A stretch of DNA of 64,000 nt, from the NCBI RefSeq assembly GCF_964355755.1, contig NC_092671.1:34792304-34856303 (forward strand), given 5' to 3'. Position numbers and translations under genes: made by a program. Of this stretch, positions 1 to 15,200 are shown one piece after another (the first letter of the stretch is position 1; each line of letters starts with the position of its first letter). Source of the stretch: Antedon mediterranea (Eukaryota > Animalia > Echinodermata). The notes under the pieces were generated by a model. It saw only the letters and a list, made by a program, of their open reading frames with translations. It had not been told where the DNA came from and searched no databases.

Positions 1-86
1 TTTTGTAAGAAAGGAGATACATTGTAAAATACATATACTTAATGAAGTTATTGTAATTAATATATTTAATAATTGATTAAACTTAC

Positions 87-245
87 TGACAACTTGTCCA
101 TCATCCTCAACATCATCAAGAGCATAAACAAGTTTTTCTTGTTTGATTTCACGGAAACCTTTGACCACAACTCCAGGCCGCTGGTCAAGCATACTGGCCA
201 TGTGCGGCGTTGCTAACCGCTGCCACTGATATAGAGTTAACGATC
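87..245 (-). CDS. TRAK1: TRAK exon: (G)SLTLYQWQRLATPHMASMLDQRPGVVVKGFREIKQEKLVYALDDVEDDGQVV
   Basis: tttag acceptor and gtaagt donor; phase 1 to 1; Milton-domain motif. Confidence 0.93.
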
Positions 246-3200
246 CTAAAAATAAATAAAAGTTGAAAGTTTCAGTTCATAACTGTAAGGAATCTCCCGA
301 TACCAGTAATATAGAAAAAAAGAGATATTGTAGTGTATAGTTGATAGTGTTTTTGTATTCCTAAATAAAAAACTGTCAATTTTGGGATTTGAACCCACAA
401 TCACCAGATCATAGATGTAGACCATCAAAATTAATAACTAGTAGCATATTAACAACTAACCTTCCATTGGTTTAACGATTTGCAGTTTTTCTGGTCTTCT
501 AAAACCAATACCCGAAAAGCTGGAAATATTTGAGAATCCATCGCCAGAGATGGCACTGTCTGGAGTTTGACAACGTGGAGTCAGCATTCCATCGCTCTCC
601 ATTTCGAAGTCAGAGTCACATACTGTTGTCTTGCGACGTTCATAAGCTGCATATTTTCGCTCTGCATCCATGTTCTGACGTCGAAGCGAGAGACGTTTTA
701 AAGCTGTTTCAAGATCATTGGAGCCAGGGATGCCAGGTTTGGATACCTCACGTCGACTCTTCTCTCTAAAAACAGGTTGTCTAAATTTAATATTATAACC
801 AAAAAATGAAAATCACTTATAAAACATAAAAACAACAAAATAGTCAAATATATATGGTATTACAATTAACACAAAATTAATATTAAAATATGTAAAATAA
901 TATACCCACCGAATCGGAGTAACTCCAGTAATGGATTCATTGTCACCCATGTAGTTTTCACTGACCTCTGACCCAGCGAGTGAAATAACTGAACTACTCG
1001 GAGAAGAGTGTGTACTAATGATCATAGGTGGTGTACCTAGGTCCAAGCCGGTCGTACTACCTGATCTACTCTTGACCGCTTTCACCGTCTTCATTACACT
1101 TTCATTATATTCTCTGAAAATACCAATTCATGTTTTACAATTTAAACTTCAAGTTTGGTATGCCTAAATCATATTTACACAAATTCCACAAAACAAAGAG
1201 TAACATAGTCACAAACAGGTATGTGCTTTAAATATAAATATGAATTGCATTTTTTTGATAGAACAAAGTTTTTTAAGATAAGGACAATAATAGGCATAAG
1301 TTTACGAATACTTGCCACTGTGAGAAAAAAATAAAAAAACAATGTTTTCACTTATTTTATAAAATGAAAAAATAATTGGCTAAATTCAACCAAAAATCCA
1401 TTGGCTGGCAGCGAACTTGACTATTTTTTTGATTTAAATTACAGTTTTTCAGGTAAATGAATGTGTCAAATTTTTGGTCAAAGTGAATAGCATTAAAATG
1501 GCATATTCAACAAAAAATTGTTTAAGAATTATTTCAGGGGGACAATATATATTTAACTTTTAAAAAAATATTTTAACTTACTTCTTGCCACGTCCTATAA
1601 GACGAGGGTCCTGTCCTAACTGTTGTTCTACTGTATTGACAAGTTCAGCTGCTAATGAATCCTGTTGGAATAAAAAATTAATAAAAAATGATTAAAATAA
1701 TAAAATTATTTTATTCACTTGGTAATACAAAATACAATGACGGCCCAGGATTAATTACAAGTGGGTTTGATTGTTCTGCTTTTATTCCGGTTTAAAAAAA
1801 AGTGTTTGTTCTTAGTTTCAAGGTTTGTATTTTTCATGGTTTTCACAAGCACCTTGAGCACTTACTTTGTGGATATGTGCGCTTTATAAATCTTATTATT
1901 TTATCTTTTATCAACCGAAAGCTGCAGTGAGATTCAATAGTTCCTTTTTCTTTTTATTTTTATACTAATTTAATTCTATTCTTCATCTATGAGACAAGCT
2001 CAATACTAATTTTTTACACTAATATTTCAATATTAGAAATCTTGAAATGAATCGAACACAGTGCTACCTTTCTATGGTTCATAAATATATATAAGAGAAA
2101 AAGAGGAGGCCTAGCCTCCCACACACTACACTAACATTATAAGAGAGAAATTATAAACACCATTAGAAATTGTAAAGAAGCAATTTTGATGAAGATGGAA
2201 TCCTATTAATTGAACAAATGTATACATGGTGTGAGCAAAGTAAATGGTTTTTGGTTGTAATAGAATTGACTGTAGATGTAGTATCAAGAATAAAGGATGT
2301 GCCTAGAAATGCATCCATCTTTTATCATTGGAGCGATAAAAAAAGTCCATCTATGATCAAACTACCCATGGCCGTAGCCAGCATGATGCAGACAAGGCAC
2401 TCGCCTCATATGCAATTTTCACTATTAATTATAACTATATTTAAAGCATCTTTGTCTCGTCTGTTTTTAGTGGGCTGCTCTACCTGGGAGTATATTAAGG
2501 CCTCTCCGAAGTTAATATAGGAGATCAGATATATTCATATTAATATGCCAAAAATCGATCCTAATATTCTGGTTGATCAATGTCAACATATTAATCACAT
2601 AAAATTTCCATTATAATGGACGACTACTTAAAATTTACTTAGTAACAGCGAGACTCTGCTTGCTATGTATATTTGAACAACATGATTACTACTTCACTAA
2701 TAATTTCAATGTGTCCATACATTACAAACTGTCACTCAACCAGCCAATCAGATTTAGCCTAATAACCTCATAGACATCACCCTACAAAAGCATAATCGTA
2801 TACTGGTACTGTATATTTCTTTTAAAAGGGGGCGCTATAACTCAAAATGATATTACTTGAACATCCCGTAAAGAAAATGGAAGAGTCCAAGTAGAAACAA
2901 CCTATCATAAGACATTAGCATTACGTTCTATACCAGGTAAGGAGAAACAACATATACATAGGTAATATTTACATATGCAATAAATTGAATGAAGGTCAAA
3001 GGATAATTATAATACACATTTAAAAGACCTCGGCAATCAAAGATTTTATGGCTGATTATGTTTTATTTCAGTTTAATTGAATTCAACATTAAACTTCAAA
3101 CAGCATAGTTATAATAATAATAAGAGTGAGTAGTTTTTAATTATTAATAATTAATTAGTCCATAGTTAGAGATATACCGTTATTTTCTTAAAGCCCTGTC

Positions 3201-6200
3201 TACACTATCAACTAGTTTGACAAAAAAAGTGTGATGTACCCAAATATGGTAGTGATGTACCCAAATATGGTAGTGATATGACATCATCATGTCCATATAT
3301 GGGCACATCACATTTTTTTGTCACAAGTTTGACAGTGCAGACAGAGCTTAATATGACCTTTTTAAACTAGACACCAGTAAGTGATGGTAAATTGGTCTAA
3401 CTAGTAACCTAGTTTATAATGATTTTTAACCCTATAAAAATCTATAGATTATGACACTTACAGAAGGAATTGGAAAATACGGATTCATGATTCCGAAGTT
3501 TGGGACAGCACCTTGCGGTAAAGATCGTCGGTGGATTTCTCGCGCCTCTTCCTGCGCTTCCAGTAACATATGATGACATTCATCATATTTTTCCCTTAGC
3601 TCTGATAACTGAAATATAATAATACACAATGTCATTCTCTTACTTCTTTTCGCAAATTACTTAAACTCCATTTTATTTCGTCTATTGTATACTAAATAAA
3701 TTGTCTCACAGCGAAAAAATAACAGATATTCTCGAAAGGGCCAATGCTAGGAAAAAATATGACCAACTATAGTGAGGTACGAAATTTGTACATCAATTAA
3801 GTTTGCGTTTGTTTAATATTCCGGAAAATCGTCATGGGTTTTGTTATGTTTATTTATATTGTTTTATCAGGTTTTCAAATTGACGAACTAAATGAAATGA
3901 ATTGAAAAAAAAAGTTACAGAAAACACAACTGCTTTATATACTGAATATCTATGATTACAGATGTCCTCATAACCTATGACATGACCCTCGCTGACCTTA
4001 TGCTTCATTTTTCTATGGATATATTTATCTTTATCTTAATAATATATTATTACCTCAATAGTAAGTTCGTTTTGAGCTTCTTTTGCTGCGTCTAAATGTT
4101 GGTGGAGTTCCTCATTCTCTGTCTTATACTGAGAAAAGAATAAAAAAAAGTTATCAATAATGATAAAGTATTTAACATATTCCACATTCATGGTTTTAAT
4201 TAAGAGTTTGTTTGTTATTTTGCAGTACTTATACTTATTTTAAACGAACTAGACACAATTAAAATTGATAGAAGTAAAGAAAATTATACAGAGAGAAAGA
4301 TTAGAGTCGAGTGGCAGGTCCAGAAAACCATGTACAAGACTCTCCATGGTTCTGGTGGTAGAACAAAGACTTCTCGGATAAGGACTTAAAACTGCACACA
4401 TCTTTCAGAAGAGTAGGGGGATACCCTTGTGTACTGAACCCTCTCAGCCTCTGTCATAGACAAACCAAAGAGCGTCATTTAATGGCGCCTACATGTGTAC
4501 ACCTGTGCACAATTCAGCGCAGTTAGCCTGCAGACACAGGTTACTCCCACATATATTTACTATTTTATTTTACCTTCCTGTTTGTTTGCTGCAAATTCAC
4601 AATCTGTGCTAGTAATGATGTGACCTCTTCTTGTTGTTTATAAAACTCTTCTAGTTTCTTACTTAGTTCTTCTTGTAATACTAAATTTCTAGTGTGTTCT
4701 TCACCTACAAAATCACAAAAGGAAAATCATGTCAAAATTATTGTACTGCAGTTACTGCAGTAACTATATTTTTTAAACTGCAAAATATATGATTTTAGTT
4801 TGTCAGTCAGTCACTGCAATACAGTGTGTGATTACTCAAAACGGTTGCTAAATAAATACATATGCAAATGTAAAAAGCAAACAAAATGTAGTTACTGCAT
4901 ATCTTTGGCATGGTCCCTATATATAATTTGTTTTTAAATAATTTCAGGGACTCAAGTAGGAAGATGGATTGATGCCCACTAAATACAAAAAAAGGTTTGG
5001 CATGATAAAGATATTTCATTCTGTATGTGTAGAGAGAGATAGACAAATATTCCTAAAATTAGGCTGTGAACAAATGTTGAAAAACCAGGTTCTGTCAATT
5101 GGAATTTAATTTATTATGGGGTTGAAGTCAAAATAGTACAGCAACATTATTTTGGCCAAATTTACTACAGTCTGCAACCACATAGGGCTTCTGCAAAAAA
5201 AACAAAAAACATTTAATACAAATAAAAATGAATATTAACCTAATTCATAAAAGCAATCTTGCATCAATTCCTTCTCCTTTTCTTCGATAGTATCTGCATA
5301 TGATTTTAAATTGGAAGATTCTATCCTCAGTTCTAGATTCTGTTCTTCTAAATTGCGAACTTTTTTCTGCAGCGTATCAACATCTATGAACTGTGAGTGA
5401 TACGATTTACGATCCCTGACGAAAAAAAAACCAGATTATATTTCAATTTAATTAATTTGCAACCAAGAAAAAACCGCTAATGATTGTTATTGATTACAAT
5501 ACAGATTTTTGAAAATTTAAATTAACATGAAAAGAAAACATTGCATATTTTAATTTTATTTTTCTAAATTTAAATTCATCAAAAAAAATGTTTCATATTA
5601 ATATTCATTAAAATGATCCAAACTAGTCTAATACAATTTTTTCTTCACTAGTACATTTCCACAAAAAATCTGTATATAAAAATTATTTTATGACCAAGGC
5701 AACAACATTTGAAAAAGGGCCTACATTGTATTTTAGTTCATTTATTATTTTTATTTATTCCTTTCAGTGATGATACATAAAAAATTGAACACTAAGGAGG
5801 ACAAGAGCTGTCAAAGACAACTATCGCCAAAAGCTGTGTCACTCCAACTACAGACAATAAAAAAATACGAGCAAAAAAGAATTATGAATTACAAAATATA
5901 AATAAAATGAACAAATAAATGAAAATCCATTGATTGGATAGTGAACGATTGGCCTTCATGTGAGGAAATTCAGATTAGGCCCTCTCCTACAAACCCACAG
6001 TAGGCGCAGTACATTCCCTGTCACAAATAGCACACCAGTAAGCCATTACTCTTTTTTAAAAGTTCTTTATCCTGAAATGTGTGTACACTGGACCAATGGC
6101 TTCACATCCCATCCAAAGCATCTTGCCAAAGGGTATAAGTACTTAATGTATGTGGGCAAGACACTCTATTCACCCAGGTGTACAAATGGGTACCTGGTAA

Positions 6201-9200
6201 GGTTATGACACAACTTTATGCTGATTATTAACTGCACCATGGGAGTATGTTTCCATACGTGTTTGATCCAAAAAATGACCGGAGTAATAATAAGTACAGC
6301 TCTTTAACTACATTAGGTGCTAAAACAGAATATTATTATTGTGCTAGTTTGATACCCTTGTCACTCTACTGTTTGTGGCTCTATTCTCTGCTACATTAAA
6401 CTAACCACAAATAAGGGAGTGGGGGGGGGGGGACTATATTCAAGTACTATGGACTGAATAATGATAAGACTTACTCCTGTAATTCATCTTCACTCTCACT
6501 GTATGATATGTCATTGGTGTAAATCTGAAGTAACTGCTCTTTCAATTTCATCTCATGTCTAAGTTGTGTATTCTGAAAATCAAATAATATATAATAAACA
6601 TATTTGATAATGATGATGTTAATAATATATTTTGCAAATTATTAAGTTATTAAATTTTTTAAAAAAAATATTTTAGATTGTTGAAGTTAAATTGCCTGTG
6701 TCTACAAATGTGCCCACGCTTGTTAGCTTTCACACTACTATGTTATTTTAATCTCAATTTTGTGCTTGCAAGTTATTAAAACATAAGGCAATATATCCAC
6801 TGGCTATATCATTCTTTTATTTTTCTTTTATTTTTAGACAGTAGATCATACATTTGTGATGTTTGGTTTTCACACTACTGTAAGATTTTCGGTACACCAT
6901 ATATATAATTATTAATAGTAAAATGTTAGTAATTGTTATATAATAACCATTTTGTAGAATAAGAGGGTTTTAGCATATCATACCAAAACGTCAACATTTT
7001 GGAAATACACTGTATACAGCAAACTTGAATTTACCATGTAATTTTAACATAGTTCAATAAATTATTAGATTATTATTTTGAATTATCAAAAAAAAAAACG
7101 TTTTATATTTTATCATAAAAAAAAAATTTAATAACATATTTCACCACAAAACACCTAATCGGGGCAGATTCAAATTTACATAGTTCAAACATGGAGGTAT
7201 ATCAAGGTTCAAAAGAAAATACTTCTACTACTCTATATCCACATCAAATATATTGTGCACTTCAATCACCATGAAAATGGAATTGAATTTGCTCATTTAA
7301 AGGAATAAACAAAACATATACTATCACCACGGTTACTGCCATAGTAACCAATGGTAATTAGAATAAGCCAACAGCAATAAGAAAACCCAATCTATGTGGT
7401 GGTAAGGAAGGATGATGGTGCTGGTGAGAGTGAAGATGTGATAAAATGTGTTGAAGACATTTGTGATGGTGGTTGTAAATATGGGTGGTGGTAATGACAG
7501 TGGTATTGGTTTAAAATGGCATTTTTATGGTGATGGTAATGACAGTGGTATTGGTTACTTAAATGGTATTTTTGATGATGGTGATAAAGACGGTGGAATT
7601 TATGAAGTATTGGTGTTTGTGATAAATGTGGTGGTGGTATTGGTTAATAAAATGGTGTTGATGGTGATGTGGTAATGATGGTGGTATTGGTTAATAAAAT
7701 GGTATTTGTGATGATGGTGATGTGGTAATGATGGTGGTATTGGTTAATTAAAATGGTGTTTGTGATGATGTCGTAATGATGGTGGTATTGGTTAATAAAA
7801 GGGGGTTTGTGATGATGGTGATGTGGTAATGATGGTGGTATTGGTTAATAAAATGGGGTTTGTGATGATGGTGATGATGGTGATGTGGTAATGATGGTGG
7901 TATTGGTTAATAAAATGGGGTTTGTGATGATGGTGATGATGGTAATTTGGTAATGATGGTGGTATTGGTTAATGAAATGGGGTTTGTGATGATGGTGATG
8001 TGGTAATGATGGTGGTATTAATTAATAAACTGGTATTTGTGATGATGGTGATGTGGTAATGATGGTGGTATTAATTAATAAACTGGTATTTGTGATGATG
8101 GTGATGTGGTAATGATGGTGGTATTGGTTAATAAAATGGGGTTTGTGATGATGTTAATGTGGTAATGATGGTGGTATTGGTTAATAAAATGGGGTTTGTG
8201 ATGATTGTGGTGAAAAAACTATAGTGTTCATAGAGGTTAACAGAATGATAGGGATAAAGAATAGTGACGATAGTTATGATGATGTTGTATTAAAAAAGGC
8301 CATAAAGCAAGAATGAGCAGTTAAGTGGTAATTTCCATGTACTCAGCATAAAACTCAAATTTGTTCAACTATACATTAAGTATAGTTACTACTTATAACT
8401 TTCTCACCTGGTCCGTTGCTAGAGTTAGTTGCTCGTCGGTTAAGTTCAACTTATCTTCTAAACTTTTATTTTGAAGCAGTAAATTTTGTCCGATCTTTGC
8501 CGCCAATTCCAGATCCTTTTCTTTCTGTAATAAACATTGTAAAAAACGGTTAAACATTGTCTGTAAAGTTTGGTTTTGTAGAATGCATTCTATAAAGTAA
8601 GAAAGGATTTTTATTTTGAGAAAGCGGACTCTTAACAAGATTTTGAGACAGCTTAATGGTACTGGTTGGGTCAGGTCAGCTTTCCTACAAACCACCATCA
8701 TCATTTCTACTTTTCGAATTATATCTCACTCTTCAAGGAGAAAGCGCTATTATCAGTTTATCCAGGTAAGCTACATAGGCACGAAATAGACTAGATAAAT
8801 TTGAAAGGTCATTAGATTTTATGCACTTAAGCAATTTTATAAAATCTTAAAATAGCCATAGAACATTTTTGTTATGATACCTGCACAGACACACCTACAA
8901 AAATCAAATATAAATATTTAACCATTTTGTTTAACTATGTTATTGAACCTTGAATAATCCAAACAAGGCACTTAATGTAAATATATAAAAAAATGAAAAA
9001 TGCAGATATCAGCAAAAATGGAACTGATAACCGGATGCAATGATAATAAAGTTTTCAATGATAGTTTTATCATCCTAATGCAAACAACATTCCAAAACAT
9101 AAAACATTAATTTGCATTTTATATTAGATTACAATCTTATAAACACACACATTACATTTCATTGACGTAAATATAAATTATAAAAGAATGTATGTGATGA

Positions 9201-12200
9201 TAAATCCAACAATTTAAATATGTATAATAACTTTTTTTTAAATGTAAGTTTTTTCTTTATCATTTAAGAATGCAACCATTGTTACAGTCCTTTTGTTATT
9301 CTTACAATCATTCACTGTATTTAACGTTTAATTTTTTTTTAAACCTGAATATTAGAAGATCTAATGGTATAAATATGTAAACTTATTTCTAGGTAAAATA
9401 TTATATAGTGAACACACACTTTGTTAGTATTTTATATTTCTAAATCACACAACTAATACTGCCCATTGCAAAAACCAGCTTCAGTAGAGTGCTTGCCCAA
9501 GAAGTTGCTTGCCCAGGATGCAGAGCCCAGAACAGGGCTTTAAGCTAAACACAGTTATTTCATATTACAATAACATAAATCAAAAGAACAAAGGGTAACA
9601 AATGATTCTGACCTCATCCAGTAACTTGGTAACTGCATCAACATCGTTGTACGTCTTTTTCATCTGAACCATTCTCTCGGAACATAAGGCTGAAAAATAA
9701 TAATAAAAAGTTCTATTTTACATAATAATTAAAATTGCTGGTTGATTCTCCAGTTTATTTTTATTCCAATTGGCATTAGATTTCCATAACAAGTATTATA
9801 CGTATGAAACGCTATGTGCCCCAAAATGATATCATATGAGTTACTTTTAAGGTTTGGGTAAGCATGGAGCTATACATTTATAGCTCCATGGTGTAAGGTT
9901 TGTATAAAAACAAAATCACATGTGACAATGTATTTAGCCTGACACTACATTCACCAGGAGAATCAGATACTTTTAACTGTACTAAGGTACTTTTATCTAT
10001 AAGTATAAGTACATGTTTCTTCAATTAAAAATAAGTCTCTTTTAAAAAATAAAACTCTATTTATAATGAAATATTTGTAAATTCATATTTTATGACATGA
10101 CACGACATTTATAAAAGGTCAAACAATGTATTGTGTATAAAAATAACCAATAATTATTTAACCTAATTTTATTTATCTGTAATAATCTGTATAGAAAGCC
10201 CACATAAATATAAAAAGATAAAATAATCTCAAATGTTCAATGTTCAACTGTAAGCACCAAATATTAGCATAATTCAAGTGTAATGTTTTATTATTAAAAA
10301 TGGCCTGATTTTAGCACTGTACGACCAAGGAAATCTAATAACAGGGCACTTAACTCGCCTTGCCAAAATAGGAACTTTTAACACTTAGCAGTCCTTTGAT
10401 CTTATTTCTGGCTACAACAAATACCAACAGTACTGTGCTATGCATATTTCCGCGGCGTGCTGTCTGTTAAGGGGTGTGAAACTGATCATGTCGCAACCAC
10501 ATATAAACCCTTTGATCTCCAGAGCTCAGCATCCTGTTGTTAAATTGCCTTGGTATGATCAGTAATCATACGCATAATCGCATTATCACAATTTTTCACT
10601 ACCAGATTCATTAAACAATAAGATGCATATAGAAAATGTTAAGAATGGAGTTTTGTAATTGCTATTTGGGGATACAGGTGCACAATTACATTAGGCTAGT
10701 TATGGCTAATTATAGCCCAGTGGATCCAGGGGGTGCAACTAGGGACATGTACTCCCCGTTTTTGACAGCTACAATTTTGACAGAATATTGATATTTATAA
10801 ATAGCTGTCTCCCATTAAAAAAAATCATGGATCTGACCATGCATGAGAAAATGAGACATACTGTAGAAGTATTCATACAAATTAAAGAAGCTGCATGTGT
10901 CTCTTAACACATATCTATTTAAATGTTTACATGCAAATAATCTATAAAAAATTTCCATACACGTACAAGTCTGTCTAAACAGAAAAAAATTGTAATTTTA
11001 ATGAAATAAAAATCGAAACAAAATGAGTCTAATTAAAATTATCATACTTTGGATAAGGTAAAATTACCCGCAGCTAAGTAGGCTTTATGGACCAATTATC
11101 GCTAACGTAGGTAAACAACTTACTCGGGTAAATTACTGAATGAGCCCTTAAAAGCAGACTATGTATAAATAAAATTACCTGACAATACCGGTAAATGAAA
11201 ATCAAGCTCAAAGTTTTCGTTAGTTAAGATATTTTCCACATTAGTAAGAGCTTTACTGATTTCCTTCTCGACGTCGGAAATCGCTCGCAAAATATCCGCT
11301 GAAGTAAACATGACTCTTGTATCTATAACGCTGCTTATCTCAATCAAAATACAGTAAAAATCTGATGTATAATATGTGAGAATTATCTTAATAGCAAACA
11401 ATACATTTATTCAATGATAAAATCAATCCAGGCTAGGCACGTATTATTGTTAAAGTTTTTCATGTTGACATGACATGTTCTGTAAAAATCTACGTCATTA
11501 AAACTATGGCAACCTCTTTTTTACGATATTGTATGAGATTTCAAATAATGTTCTTTAAAAATCTGTAAAGAAGAGAAATCCAACTGAATGACACATCTAC
11601 AAACAAGCAATAGTAACGTATGACAAATAAGTGAAGAAATTGTAGAAGATTTTAGAAGCTAAATCTGCCTTTGTACTCCTATGTTCTTTAGAAATGGCAA
11701 ATTTTTCTCAACATGTACATCTCAATGTCTAAGAGAAAATGCTTGTAGCTTTTATCAAATATGTGTAAGAAAACCAGTTATGTAACACAAAACCATCTGT
11801 CAAGATGAAGACAAACAAAAGAAGTTGAATGTTACATAAGACAAAGTCTTACGATGAGCAATGATTAAGAAAATCCAACCAGCTAAATGTATACAATTAA
11901 CATCATTCCAAAAATAAAACCCTCATTAGAAAACTGAAGTTCAATCAGGACTTTTAAAGAATACTTGTTGATCAGAAGACCGAGTAATATACAACTTTTT
12001 CAGAATGTTCTCTTTTGTTAAAATCAGGAAGTGTTGCAATGAGACAAATGATTGTTTCAATCTTTTCCAATGAGTAATGTCATGTCCCAACAGCAAACAG
12101 ATTAAACAATAATCCAAGTAAATAAGAACTTAATGTATTTGCCTTAAAATATAATTAACATTTCTTATTATTTGTCTACTGTAGACCTGTAAGACATGAT

Positions 12201-15200
12201 ATGTAGTCTTGGTTGGTCATGCGAATATATTTCGTTTTTTTAGTCTCTTTCTTCTTGTAAGTCACTCAGTATTGGATGATGTGGTAGAAGATCAAACCCC
12301 CTATAACAAACTGACAGTGTCTTCATTATGTCTAGAATTCTTCTGGTAGAAGACATTGCAGTCATTAATGATGTAGTTGATGTTATGAAGCTATCACCAG
12401 AAACCGCTTCTGACGTCTCTGCAGTATCTTTCGACTCTCATTGAAATCTGGAAATCTATGTACAGTACTTCACCAATTCAAATGCAACATAACTATTCCA
12501 AATAAACACTTTTTAGTCAATGAACAGCAAATACTTTTTTTAGTAATTTTAAAAAGTTAGATTAGTAAAATTAACATTCATCAGCGAGTTGTTTTAAACT
12601 CTAACAGAACATTTCCTTGGTGTACATTACAGAGTACACACACCAGGAAACATGTATACCTCAAACATCCGACAGACTATACCATTATATTAGTGAAAGG
12701 GATATTGTCTTGCACGTTTCCTGAGATCTCTCATTGAATTAATTAACATTTTCTGTACACTCATGCTATGTAACTTAAAACATACAGGTAATAATTTAAA
12801 TACTCACTTTAAAAATTATTTCTAAAAAATTACTATTTAAAGACAGAAATAGAAATGTACCATAACAATTATAAATACCGTACATATGAAAACTTGAAAT
12901 TATTATTAGCTAAATATTATCTATGTAAAAATGCAGTGCATTGTTTTTTATTTTACCTAAAAATTATTGTATCACATATTGTATGTGAAACAGTTTGTAC
13001 TATGATTAGGAATATTTAAGCTCTACTAAATAAGGACAGTACAGTATCTGGTGGAATACAGTATACCATCAACTTTCCTAACCCGACAATCTTGGGCTTG
13101 CCCGAAATGGTTTTTCAGAGAGTCTGGTTTTCAAGCTGATGGCGATATATATTGACATTTACATATTGTGTTTACATTATTATATATACCGTATGTTTCG
13201 GTGTATAAGTCGCACTTTTGACACGCAAATTTGACCTCTAAATTAAGGGTGCGTCTTATACACCGAACATAAATGCCTCACCACACAGATTGTACATAAT
13301 CGTCACCTCGTTGGCGCAGCTAGGCCTGGGTAGGCTAGGCCTAGGCTAGCTACAGTGTAATAATGTAACGGCAACCTGCTTCTGCCTTGTTTTCAAGGCA
13401 TTTTAGCGTGATGTTATACTAAATATGATGAAAAGATTTGTTCATTATAGAGCTGTTTTAGGCGCTCCAATAAAATTTCATTTGTAAACGTTTACGATTG
13501 GAATGTATTTATTTATAGTTATACGCACGATCGCCGAACCCCTAGCGCAAGCCCTTGGCGGCCACATGGTGTACGGTATTCGACTAGGATATTCTCCAGT
13601 TGATTATAGCATGGACCTAGCGTATACACTTCTCGGATACATAGATACTAATCGAATATGATTGTCCGTGAAAACGCGCGCCCTCTCGAAATGATCGAGC
13701 GAGGCTAGCCCACACACGTGCGTGTTACACACACGGTCATGCACTCAATGTTGCGGGTGCGAAACTCATGAATAACAAGTTTGAAAGAACTTGTTGAGGC
13801 TGGGCGCGGCCGAGCCTAGTTAAGAAAAAACCTAAATAAAGGACGCCGTTGTAGATATAACAAAATATATTATTACAATAATATATTGATTACAATTTAA
13901 TAAAAAATTGTTTTGATGAAATATAAGGTGCGTCTTATACATCGACGATATAAAAAATACCGATATTTTACTCTCAGTTAGGGGGTGCGTCTTATACACA
14001 GGTGCGACTTATACACCGAAATATACGGTATATATATACTGTTGACAAAAATATTAAAAAAAGATTTAGAGTTTCTGATCAGTCTCATTTTACAGATCCA
14101 AGGTGCTTCCATGTAACTTTGTGCCTTGCTACTTCCCGAATCATTACATTATTATTAGAGTATGGTTTTAAATGTCTTTTTCCTCTAAAAATACTAACTT
14201 TTTCAATAACATTAGGTTGCAAAATTATTGTTAATTCCACAACCACCTGCTGGAGCCTACAATAGGAAGTTTTCACAAAAACCTAATTTGCTATTAATCA
14301 ATTCTGTTTGTCCAGTATAAACCAACATATGTTTAATAGTGAATACAGTTATTTGTAATCTGATATGTACTGATACAGTACATAAATAGTATAGTTCAAT
14401 ATAGCTTCAAATTGTATCAAAAGGCCTGTTGCCATTCACTTAAGAAAATAAATATTTGAAGGATTTTCCTTAAGTGGTATTCACTTAGAAGATGTGGTAT
14501 TCAGAATAAATGCTGGGAGTTATAATACAAGGCAGGTGCGAAAGATAAATATTTGTAATCTTAGGTCTTGGGTCTTAGCTTTCGTGATCTTAGGTATCAA
14601 TGGTGGATATGAAAATATATTTGAACACTACGGCCAACCCCTATTTAAGGGACACTTTTTAGGGTCCCACAGGTAAACTATACCTAAGGTACTGTATATC
14701 ATATTTATTACAGTCAACTCTCCCAATACCGGACCCTCTAAACCAGACTTTCCTTGAGGTCCAAAATTAATTTTTACCATTAGAAACACATTCAAATTTT
14801 ACCTTCCAGAAAATAAAAAGACATAGGCTATACCCAAAGGTATCGAATATTGAGAGAGTTGACTGTATATTGAAATTGATTAGGCCTAAATATTTCAATA
14901 TCATGACATTGAACACCAAACTTTAATTATTGACTTTTAGATCACCATCACAACAATGGCATTGTGGGTGGAGATACGTGACCTCAATTACATTATTGAT
15001 TAGAACAGCTCAAGTTGAAGCTTAGTTCACATGCGAAATAATGGAAAATAATCCTCTTTTTAAACCAATTGTGTGAACATACTTTTTGCATAATTTAACA
15101 GGATACAGCCACCACATGTGATACATGCTGTATGTGACACTCTATTATTATATTTCTTCATTGTGTCTTTTTGCCCAAATAATATAAAATTTAATAATAA

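Noticed and set aside
7448-7675. Gly/Asp/Val-rich ORF
   Set aside because: Low-complexity edge of the 53-bp minisatellite, antisense within a TRAK intron.
11580-12460. Large extra TRAK coding exon
   Set aside because: The sequence is exon-like in complexity, but I found no long ORF or phase-compatible splice pair; it may be 5'UTR of the 11311 isoform.
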